64,000 bases of DNA. Source: Candidatus Omnitrophota bacterium. GTDB taxonomy: Bacteria; Omnitrophota; Gorgyraeia; Gygaellales; Profunditerraquicolaceae. A program made the position numbers and the translations under genes. Under the pieces are notes generated by a model, which saw only the letters and a program-made list of their open reading frames with translations, did not search any database and was not told the DNA's origin. Of the stretch, positions 15,199-23,648 are shown piece after piece. Where the stretch lies: NCBI GenBank assembly GCA_030650425.1, contig JAUSED010000005.1, positions 206,932-270,931 on the forward strand. Reading direction: 5' to 3'. The first letter of the stretch is position 1. Each line of letters begins with the position of its first letter.

Positions 15199-17481
15199 AT
15201 GTTAGGTTTAATGAACGCGAGTGTTTTCGAGACGTTTGCGATTTGGGGAGTGCTTCTAATTGCTTTTCTGGGGTTAGCTTATGCTTTGTTATTGCGTAAA
15301 CAGATTATGGCGCATGATAAAGGTACGCAAGGTATGCAGGATGTCTGGAATGCCATCCGCACAGGAGCGGATGCTTACTTAAGCCGCCAGTTAAAAAGCA
15401 TACTGCCTTTAATTTTAGTACTTACCGCTGTTTTATTTTTCTCGGTCTATATTATCCCGCCTAGCGATGAGGCATTAAGGCGTTTTAGCAAATTTACTCC
15501 GGATATGGTCCGGCTGATCGTCGGTTTGGGAAGGGCCGCGGCATTCGTGATGGGCGCTTTCTTTTCGCTTACCGTGGGCCAGTTTGGGATGCGTATGGCG
15601 GTTGAGGGTAATGTGCGGGTTGCCTCTGCCTCCCGCAGGAGTTTTAGCGAGGCGTTAAAAATAGCCTACCGGACCGGGACGATTACCGGAATGCTTACTG
15701 ACGGCCTTGGGCTTTTAGGCGGGACAGTCATCTTTATTATTTTCGGTATAGCTTCGCCCGACGTATTACTAGGGTTTGGTTTTGGCGGGACGCTCCTGGC
15801 GCTCTTTATGCGTGTCGGCGGCGGCATCTACACTAAGGCAGCGGACGTCGGCGCGGATTTAGTCGGGAAAGTAGAGAAAAATATTCCTGAAGATGATCCA
15901 AGAAACGCCGCGGTGATCGCTGATCTTGTGGGAGATAATGTCGGCGATTGCGCGGGTATGGCCGCGGATATATTTGAGTCATATGAGGTAACCATTGTTT
16001 CCGGCTTGATTTTAGGTTTAGCGCTGGTTTCCATTACCGGAGAGCTAAAATGGATCGTTTTCCCGCTTTTAGTGCGCGGTATCGGCGTGCTTTCTTCGAT
16101 TATCGGTACGTATCTGGTAAAAGGAAATAAGAAGGATGGCAAAGGGCAAGATGCCTTTAAGAGTATCAATCGCGGATTTTATTCATCTGCCGCAATTTCT
16201 GTGGCTGCATTTTTAATTTTAGCTCATTATTATATGCATGAATGGAGGGCCTTCTTTTCTGTGGCCATGGGTATAGTTTTGGCTATCGTGATTGACGAAA
16301 TAACCAAATACTTCACCCATACGCATCACGCGCCGGTCAAAGAAATCGCCTCTTCATCCCGGACGGGTGCCGCAACCTTGATTTTACGCGGCTTATCCAT
16401 CGGACTTGAATCCAGTGCTTGGCAGTTTGTGGTTATTGCGCTTACGATTATGGCTGCTGTTATTATCTATTGGGGCCAGCCCGTGGTTTTTGTCCTTTAT
16501 GGTGTAGCGATGACCGGCATCGGTATGCTTACCTTAACCGGTAATAATGTGGCGATGGATTCATTCGGCCCGATCGCGGATAATGCTAACGGTATTGGCG
16601 AAATGGCGCATTTAGAGCCAGAGGCCCGGCAGATTATGGCTGACCTTGACGCTGTAGGAAATACTACTAAAGCCATCACTAAAGGTGTAGCCATTGGTTC
16701 AGCAGTGATTGCCGCGGTTTCTTTGTTCGGCGCTTTTTTAACCGATGTTACCAAGGTGCAGGCGCAGATGGGGGTGGTAGAATCTTTACGGCTTCTATCT
16801 ACCGGTATCAGGGTTTCTGAGCCGATTGTTTTTGTCGGCGTGCTGATCGGAGCCGCGGTGCCTTGTTTATTTTCCAGCCTGATGATTAATTCCGTAGCCC
16901 GCGCGGCTGCCTTGATTGTGGATGAGGTACGTAGACAATTCCATACCCCGGGAGTGATGGAAGGGAAAGTCAAGCCAGACTATAAAAAGGCAGTGGATAT
17001 TTGTACGATAGCCGCGCAAAGAGAGCTTATTGGTTTGGCTTTGATTGCCGTATTAAGCCCGATTTTAATCGGTATGGTCTTGAGGGTTGAAGCTTTAGGC
17101 GGATTTTTGGCTGGCGTAATTGTTTCAGGCCAGCTTTTGGCAGTGTTTATGGCTACCGCAGGTGGAGCTTGGGATAATGCCAAGAAGACGATCGAAGATG
17201 GCTTATATGGGGGTAAAGGTTCTGAGGCGCATAAATCATCGGTTGTCGGCGATACAGTCGGTGATCCTCTCAAAGATACTTCCGGCCCGGCATTGAATCC
17301 GATGATTAAGGTAATTAATCTTGTTTCTCTTCTGGCCGCGCCTATAATTATTCACTATCGTCAAACTGATGTAGGTGTTATAATTGCAATTGTGCTCTGC
17401 GTAGTCTTGATATTCGGCGCGATCCTTTATTCAAAACACGGAGCCCTAAGTTTTAGAAAAAAGAGCGAAGCGGGTTTCTAG
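15199..17481 (+). CDS. hppA: Membrane-bound H+(or Na+)-translocating pyrophosphatase
   Basis: 760 aa with hallmark motifs '[20 protein letters not shown]' and '[23 protein letters not shown]'. Confidence 0.9.
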   Translation: [760 protein letters not shown]

Positions 17482-17490
17482 TTTCCCTAG

Positions 17491-17570
17491 TAGGGGACAC
17501 TTTCCTTTAGTAGTTTAGTAAGAGCCCTGACGGAAAGTGTCCCCTAGTTGTGAGTTAGGAAAGTGTCCCC
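17491..17570. repeat. REP-like hairpin element, family R copy E (inverted orientation relative to A-C) plus an extra right half-site
   Basis: TAGGGGACACTTTCC…AGAGCCCTGAC-GGAAAGTGTCCCCTA. The loop ends with the reverse complement of the GTCAGGGCTCT seen in copies A-C. An additional GGAAAGTGTCCCC lies at 17558..17570. Confidence 0.85.
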
Positions 17571-17629
17571 TGAATGGTAGAGAGAAAATTTCCTTGCAAA
17601 AGCAAAACTTGAATGTTAAGCTGTGCTTA

Positions 17630-18253
17630 ATGAAGGCCCGCCTTTTACTAGCCCTATTTTTTTGCCTGCTTTTGCCAGTTCTAACTTTTGCCGCCCAAGC
17701 TTCTTCCTCAAGGCCTGCCAGGCTTAGGCAAGCTGTAATTCCCATAACCATAAATAATGGCGCCAATAATACTAATTCAACCACAGTAACCCTGAATCTC
17801 TCTGTGGATAACCTCTCAGGCCAGCCTCCTTTTCAGATGTCTTTTTCCAACAACAACTATCTCTGGTCAACCTTATTTCCCTTTAGCCCAAGCAAAACCT
17901 GGGAACTATCTCCTTTGGGAGATACTTCAGGAGACGCTAAGCTGGATATGGGAGATGCGATGCTCATTGCCCAATACCTGGCGCATATACGCTCTCTCAC
18001 CCCTGAGCAGATAGCTGTAGCTGATGCTAACCAGATCAAAGGAATTGATATAGGTGACGCTATGTTGATTGCCCAGCGCGTGAATAAGAAAAGAGTCCTG
18101 CCTATCGGCGAAGGAGCGCGCACGGTCTATGTTAAATTTAAGGATAGTCTCGGAAACTGGTCAGATATTTACTCTGCCGCGATTATCCTGGATACTCAAG
18201 GCCCAACTTTAGAGATCACCTCGCCTCAAGAAGGAGCAGTAATCAAAGAATGA
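17630..18253 (+). CDS. Secreted dockerin-like repeat protein ending in a truncated Ig-like segment
   Basis: Signal peptide MKARLLLALFFCLLLPVLTFAAQA. Two dockerin/EF-hand-like Ca-binding repeats: 'GDTSGDAKLDMGDAMLIAQYL' and 'DANQIKGIDIGDAMLIAQRV'. The start was moved to the ATG at 17630, after the REP element. The gene shares an ATGA overlap with the RHS gene. Confidence 0.5.
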   Translation: MKARLLLALFFCLLLPVLTFAAQASSSRPARLRQAVIPITINNGANNTNSTTVTLNLSVDNLSGQPPFQMSFSNNNYLWSTLFPFSPSKTWELSPLGDTSGDAKLDMGDAMLIAQYLAHIRSLTPEQIAVADANQIKGIDIGDAMLIAQRVNKKRVLPIGEGARTVYVKFKDSLGNWSDIYSAAIILDTQGPTLEITSPQEGAVIKE

Positions 18254-21200
18254 AGAAAATCAGCGCGTTTTTTATCAGCCTTGGCTTAATCCTCTCCGTA
18301 GTTAGCCTTGTCTTTGCCCAAAACGCCGATGTGTCGGGAGAGTGGTGGATAGATCCAACTGTCTATCCGATTATAAGCGCTAAAAGAGTACAAACGGACA
18401 TTATCCATCTGCCCACAGGAGATAAAACAGGTATTACTGAATCCACTGTAGCTGCCTCATTTGCGGCTTCAAGCGGTTTTTATGATGTAACTCAAAATAG
18501 CAACGGGGATATTAGTGCCTCAAGGTCGATAACGGATGCCGGCGGAACGGTTATCATAAGTACAATGAAAGGGAAGGTCACCGGCAATACTGTAACTTTT
18601 ACCATAGATAATAAGATGATATTCCCTTCAGACGCTATTACCGGATTTAGTGGTTATGAAGCTACCAATCTTGCCTGCTCCGGAACAATAAAAACCTCTG
18701 ATTTACCAAACACTATTGATTATACCTATAGCGGTACTTATTACCTTTACTCTCAGATGTCTACTCCTTGGGCCGATAGTTTTACTGTTACTACCGCAAC
18801 ATCTGAGAATACCGCCTCTCTTAGAATAACAAAATCCTCACCTCCGCCTCCGCAGCAACCAAACCCTCCTCCAGATTCTTCTAACGGCGAATTTTATAGC
18901 GATCCGCAAAATAGCGTAGGGGAGCCGATTAACTCGGTTACCGGGAATATGTATATCATTACCCCGGATTTAACCCTTTCGGGTAAAGGAATGAATTTTG
19001 CCTTTAGCCGCACCTATAATAGCCAGTCTGCCAGTAACACCAGTGAATCCGGCCCCTTAGGTTATGGCTGGACGCATAGTTATAATCTTTATCTTACGCA
19101 AGATACCCAGAATAAGCTTGTCAAAATAAAAGATGAGGAGGGGAAGGGCTATTTATTCGCGGATAATCAAGACGGTACATTTGTCTCCCAGCGCGGCGAA
19201 TATTCCATTCTCACCAAAGACTCATCTAACTTCATCTGGAGAAAAAAGGACGGCAAGCAATATATCTTTGATTTAGCCGGCAAGCTTACCCAGATCAAAG
19301 ACCGCAATAATAATACTATCAATCTTTCCTATAATAATCAAAACCAACTAACCTCGGTTACTGATACTTACGGCCGAAAGATAGAACTAACCTACTCAGA
19401 AGCTAGAATCAGTTCTCTAATTGATCCTTCAAGTAGATCCTTTATCTATACTTACGATACTCAAGGGAATTTATCTGCTGCCACTGATCCTCTGGGTAAC
19501 AGTACTACTTATACCTATGACTCCCAACATAACTTAACCAAGCAAACTGACCCCCTAAACCAATCGATCTATTATACCTACGATAGCTTAAACCGCTGCA
19601 CTTCCTCATCCGGAGAGAATAATGCCGGCAGGGTGGATTTGGTTTTTGATCCAGCGAATCACCAAACTACTATCACCGATTCTAAGAACAATAGCGCTAT
19701 CCATTACTACAATGATGATTCCCTGATTATCAAGGTTAAGAACACTCAGGGAAGCGAAAGTACCTCTATCTGGGATAATAATTTTAACCTGGTCTCCCGC
19801 ACTGATGCTTTAGGCCGCGCCACTCAGATGGAGTATGATGCAAAGGGTAACCTAACCAAGGTTACTGATGCGGATAATAAGATTACCTCTTTTACTTATG
19901 AGCCCGACTTTAATCTATTACTGACTTCCACCGACGCTCAAAGCAATCTCACCACCTATACCCGCGACGCCAGTGGTAACCCCACCAAGGTAACTGACGC
20001 CTACAACAACTCCACTAATTACACCTATAATAACGCAGGCCAAGTAACCAGTGTTCAAAACGCCTTGGGAAACTCTACTAATTTTACTTATGATACCCAA
20101 GGTAACCTGATTCAGGTAAAAGACGCTTTAGGCAATCTAACTACCTTTAGTTATGATACTATAGGTAACCTACTCCAATCCAAAGACGCCCTAAGTAATA
20201 TCACCAAGTTTACCTATGATAACCTGAATCAGTTGACTAAGGTTACTTACCCGGATGATACCACTCTAACTTACGTCTATGACTCAGCAGGTAACCGTAT
20301 TTCCGTAACCGATACTCTTGGCAATACCACCACCTCTACCTTTGATCAATTCCAGCGCATCACTTCCACCACTGATGCTTTAGGTAATAGTATTAACTAC
20401 GTTTATGACAGCGAAGGCAACTTAACCTCGCTTACCGATCAAAACAATAACCAGACTACCTACACCTACGACAGCTTAAACCGCCTAATCCTAGAGACCG
20501 ACGCCCTCGGCAACAAAAAGCAATACCAATATGATGCTGTAGGTAACCGCACTACTTACATTGATGCCAAAAATCAAAGCACTAGTTATACCTATGACAA
20601 ACTCAACCGTCTGACTAAAATCACCTATCCAGATAGAGATGTGAGTTATACTTATGATTCCTTAGGCAGGCGTCTAACGATGTTGGATGAGCGCGGCACA
20701 ACTAATTACACCTATGATAAATTAGGCCGCCTGACGCAAGTTGACGGCCCAAAAGCTAATGATACAGTTAGCTATACCTATGATAAGCTTGGTAACCGCT
20801 TGACTATGACTGATCCAACAAACAAAATCACTTCCTACTCCTACGATGCGCTCAACCGCCTGACTTCGATCACTGACCCGCAAGCTAAAGTTACTAGCTA
20901 CACCTATGATACTTTAGGTAATTTAACCAACCTAATTTATCCCAACGCTACTAAAACAACCTATACCTACGATACCTTAAACCGCCTGCTTAAACTTACC
21001 GAACAGCTAGCCACAAGCCCCTATACTAAGTTAGCTGAGTTTAGCTATACCTATGATCAATTAGGCAGGAGAACTCAAGTTAATCTTTTAGACGCAAGCC
21101 AGATCAATTATACCTATGATGCTTTAAGCCAACTCACTCAAGAGAACAAAACTTACTCGACCAGCCCTTATCAGATTAGCTATAGCTATGACCCTGCAGG

Positions 21201-22503
21201 TAACCGCCTAGAGATGATTAATCAAGGTGTAAAACACGCTTATTCCTATAATTCCCTAAATCAACTCACCGAGGAAAGTTTTAGCGGCGGCAGCAATCCC
21301 ACTAAAATCACAGTTACCGGAAGAGCCTCGGATGCAAGCGGGATCAAACAGGTAACCGTTAACAATATAACCGCAGCCTTAGCAGGGAATAGCTTTACCT
21401 GCGCGGATGTTACGCTTACACCCGGGCCAAATACCCTCACTGTCATAGCTACTGATCAGGCCGGTAACAGCACTACCAAAATACTCCACGTCACCTACAG
21501 TCCTACTACTAAGCTTATCTATACCTATGACAATAACGGAAGCTTGATTAGCAAGACAGGATCAGGCGATGCTCTTAACTTAAGCTATGACTCAACTAAC
21601 CGGCTCACCCGTTTTAAAAACTCTCAGCTTGATGAGACTTATCAATATGACGCAGAGGGTAAAAGAATCGCTAAGCAATCCGGCTCAAGCACAACAAACT
21701 ACCTTTATGATGGCTTAAATGTAATTCAGGAGAACACTTCAATTGGCTCAACTAACTACACCCGTAATCCCAATGCTCCGGGAGGTATCGGTGGTATAAT
21801 CAACCAGCAGTCTCCAAGTAATGTATCCTCCTATTATCATTACGACGGCTTAGGCAGCGTAACTAATTTAACCAACTCAACAGGAACAAATACCCAAACC
21901 TACAGCTACGATGCCTTTGGTAATTTACAGGGACTGTCCTCGAAGGGAACTGTCCCTGATCTTCGCGGATTCCTGACTAAAGAAGCTGACTCAACCGGTC
22001 TAAGTTACTTCGGCGCAAGATACTACGACCCCAAGATCGGAAGATTCATCACTCAGGACCCGAGCGGTATGAGTGATGGGCCGAATTTGTACTTGTATGT
22101 TAAAAATAATCCTGTAAATTTTGTGGATGCGTGGGGGTTGTGTAAGAATCCCTCGCAGTTAATCCTTCAACAATTATCGCCTTCAGATATAATCTTTGGA
22201 GTTAAACAATACTTAAAAGTTCTTGATTTACTCTCGCCACAACTACGCGCTACTTTAGATACAATAAGTAGTTTTTCTTCAAATAAGGGGCCATTGGAGA
22301 CGCTTGGCGGAATAGGTGGTGGATTATTGGGCGGGATTGGAGGATCAGCTATAGGGAGCGTAGAGGGTCCTTTTGGAACCTTTGTTATTGGCACAATAGG
22401 TTCATATCTAGGTTCTAAATTTGTATCAGATAAAGGTAAAGTCGCAGACGAATATTATTACCAAATAATTTATGAATTAATAACTAGAAAGGAAAATAAA
22501 TGA
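18250..22503 (+). CDS. RHS/YD-repeat polymorphic toxin with an Ig-like domain, RHS core (…DPxGL-type cleavage site 'VDAWGL') and a ~120-aa glycine-zipper C-terminal toxin tip
   Basis: 1417 aa. Signal peptide; dozens of 'YTYDxxGN(L/R)' YD repeats; RHS-associated core 'YHYDGLGSV…ARYYDPKIGRFITQDPSGMSDGPNLYLYVKNNPVNFVDAWGL'; C-terminal 'GGIGGGLLGGIGGSAIGSVEGPFGTFVIGTIGSYLGS'. Confidence 0.85.
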   Translation: MKKISAFFISLGLILSVVSLVFAQNADVSGEWWIDPTVYPIISAKRVQTDIIHLPTGDKTGITESTVAASFAASSGFYDVTQNSNGDISASRSITDAGGTVIISTMKGKVTGNTVTFTIDNKMIFPSDAITGFSGYEATNLACSGTIKTSDLPNTIDYTYSGTYYLYSQMSTPWADSFTVTTATSENTASLRITKSSPPPPQQPNPPPDSSNGEFYSDPQNSVGEPINSVTGNMYIITPDLTLSGKGMNFAFSRTYNSQSASNTSESGPLGYGWTHSYNLYLTQDTQNKLVKIKDEEGKGYLFADNQDGTFVSQRGEYSILTKDSSNFIWRKKDGKQYIFDLAGKLTQIKDRNNNTINLSYNNQNQLTSVTDTYGRKIELTYSEARISSLIDPSSRSFIYTYDTQGNLSAATDPLGNSTTYTYDSQHNLTKQTDPLNQSIYYTYDSLNRCTSSSGENNAGRVDLVFDPANHQTTITDSKNNSAIHYYNDDSLIIKVKNTQGSESTSIWDNNFNLVSRTDALGRATQMEYDAKGNLTKVTDADNKITSFTYEPDFNLLLTSTDAQSNLTTYTRDASGNPTKVTDAYNNSTNYTYNNAGQVTSVQNALGNSTNFTYDTQGNLIQVKDALGNLTTFSYDTIGNLLQSKDALSNITKFTYDNLNQLTKVTYPDDTTLTYVYDSAGNRISVTDTLGNTTTSTFDQFQRITSTTDALGNSINYVYDSEGNLTSLTDQNNNQTTYTYDSLNRLILETDALGNKKQYQYDAVGNRTTYIDAKNQSTSYTYDKLNRLTKITYPDRDVSYTYDSLGRRLTMLDERGTTNYTYDKLGRLTQVDGPKANDTVSYTYDKLGNRLTMTDPTNKITSYSYDALNRLTSITDPQAKVTSYTYDTLGNLTNLIYPNATKTTYTYDTLNRLLKLTEQLATSPYTKLAEFSYTYDQLGRRTQVNLLDASQINYTYDALSQLTQENKTYSTSPYQISYSYDPAGNRLEMINQGVKHAYSYNSLNQLTEESFSGGSNPTKITVTGRASDASGIKQVTVNNITAALAGNSFTCADVTLTPGPNTLTVIATDQAGNSTTKILHVTYSPTTKLIYTYDNNGSLISKTGSGDALNLSYDSTNRLTRFKNSQLDETYQYDAEGKRIAKQSGSSTTNYLYDGLNVIQENTSIGSTNYTRNPNAPGGIGGIINQQSPSNVSSYYHYDGLGSVTNLTNSTGTNTQTYSYDAFGNLQGLSSKGTVPDLRGFLTKEADSTGLSYFGARYYDPKIGRFITQDPSGMSDGPNLYLYVKNNPVNFVDAWGLCKNPSQLILQQLSPSDIIFGVKQYLKVLDLLSPQLRATLDTISSFSSNKGPLETLGGIGGGLLGGIGGSAIGSVEGPFGTFVIGTIGSYLGSKFVSDKGKVADEYYYQIIYELITRKENK

Positions 22504-22916
22504 TGAGGGTTGTTTTAACGAATATAAAAACCGCAATCGTTTTCTTAGTGGAAATTATATGTATTTTTATGATTATAGCGTTTTCGGCGCTTTATTTCAT
22601 ATTTAAAAAAGGAGATTTTATATTTTTTGTAACTAGTATTTTGTTATTTAGTACCGGGTGTATTGTTTTAGATTTAATTAGAAGAAACAAAATCCCACTT
22701 TTTGTGACTAATATTACAAAGGTAGATAATTCTTCGAGATTAATGTTGGGTTTGCTTTGCATAGCCCTTGGTTTAAGTGGATTTTATTATGCTTATAGTA
22801 ATCCTAATGATAAATTGCTAGGTATTTTTGGGGGATTATTATTTGGTCTTGGTGGTATCGGTTTACTTATCCCGAATGAAAAAGAAAATAAAACAAGAAA
22901 AGAGAATAAGGAATAA
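22500..22916 (+). CDS. Putative RHS immunity protein (small 4-TM membrane protein)
   Basis: 138-aa ORF overlap-coupled (ATGA) to the 3' end of the RHS toxin gene; four hydrophobic helices. Assigned from polymorphic-toxin gene architecture only. Confidence 0.4.
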   Translation: MMRVVLTNIKTAIVFLVEIICIFMIIAFSALYFIFKKGDFIFFVTSILLFSTGCIVLDLIRRNKIPLFVTNITKVDNSSRLMLGLLCIALGLSGFYYAYSNPNDKLLGIFGGLLFGLGGIGLLIPNEKENKTRKENKE

Positions 22917-22920
22917 CTAC

Positions 22921-22969
22921 AAGACACACAAGACACAGACAGTTTCTCCAAGACACAGACAGTTTCTCA
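22921..22969. repeat. Tandem direct repeat (2.4 x 20 bp, AAGACACAGACAGTTTCTCC)
   Basis: Direct observation: aagacacac + AAGACACAGACAGTTTCTCC + AAGACACAGACAGTTTCTCA. The unit resembles the R-family arm (ACAGACAGTTTC versus GGGACACTTTCC). Confidence 0.8.
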
Positions 22970-23023
22970 GCTAATCGGGACAGTGTACCTCGCTCAAGAT
23001 AGAAGGTGTACCTTTTGAGGAAA

Positions 23024-23518
23024 TCATATCTGTAGCTGATCTAGTAACCAAATGAATGAACTTTTGGCCAAAACTCTTTCTTGGCAGCTGCTCCAGCGGT
23101 ATTCTCCCGCTGAGTTTACAAGCTTTGCTCTGACGGGATTGAGTTCAACATAATGGGTACAGTCGATTAGATAGTTATCTTTGACAATCACCTTGCTCTT
23201 AAAGCGCCCTTGCCATAGATGGCCTACTTTCTGATAGCGTTTATTGAAGTATGCGGTGTAGGCTCTGGATAGCCCTTGCATAAACTTAGCCATATTGGCG
23301 GAAAGCCTCGGCTCTCCGATTAGGTGAATATGGTTTGGCATAAGGCAGTAGCCATACAACAGGAAACCGAATTTCCTTTTGAATCTTCTTAGGAATATAA
23401 GGTATCTCTTATAATCATTTTCATCAAAGAATACCTGTTGTCTTTGGTTGCCGCGAATGGTAATGTGATAACAAGCGTTTTTGATTAGTAGCCTTGGGCC
23501 TGTAGGCATAAGCATCAC
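23024..23518 (-). CDS. IS200/IS605-like Y1 HUH transposase of the RAYT (TnpA-REP) type
   Basis: N-terminal 'YHITIRGNQRQQVFFDENDYKRYL'; HUH motif 'NHIHLI'; catalytic-Tyr region 'YRWSS'. Length of 164 aa is typical of RAYTs. Confidence 0.8.
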   Translation of the reverse strand: MMLMPTGPRLLIKNACYHITIRGNQRQQVFFDENDYKRYLIFLRRFKRKFGFLLYGYCLMPNHIHLIGEPRLSANMAKFMQGLSRAYTAYFNKRYQKVGHLWQGRFKSKVIVKDNYLIDCTHYVELNPVRAKLVNSAGEYRWSSCQERVLAKSSFIWLLDQLQI

Positions 23519-23648
23519 CTCCTACATTAATAGACGTAAGATAGCCAGGAATCTAACGCAGATTTGTTAAAAAACTAGAAAAGGGTACACTTTCCAGCGT
23601 GGCATAGGTACAGTTTCCCGATTGGAACGGAAAGTGTCTGTAAGAAGA

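Larger units (their letters stand above)
22921..23641 (-). mobile_element. RAYT (REP-associated tyrosine transposase) locus with flanking inverted REP-like ends
   Basis: The Y1 HUH transposase gene is bounded by GGGACAGTGTACC (22977..22989) on one side. On the other side lie its inverse-type copies GGGTACACTTTCC, GGTACAGTTTCCC and GGAAAGTGTCTGT (23583..23641). Confidence 0.5.

Noticed and set aside
15828-16973. Minus-strand ORFs (113 and 158 aa) inside hppA
   Set aside because: They are antisense to a highly conserved H+-PPase gene. Their Ala/Pro/Ser-rich composition is typical of GC-biased antisense frames.
17515-17784. Minus-strand 89-aa ORF ending in '…LGDTFRQGSY'
   Set aside because: It is a read-through of REP copy E and the antisense strand of the dockerin gene. 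It is an artefact.
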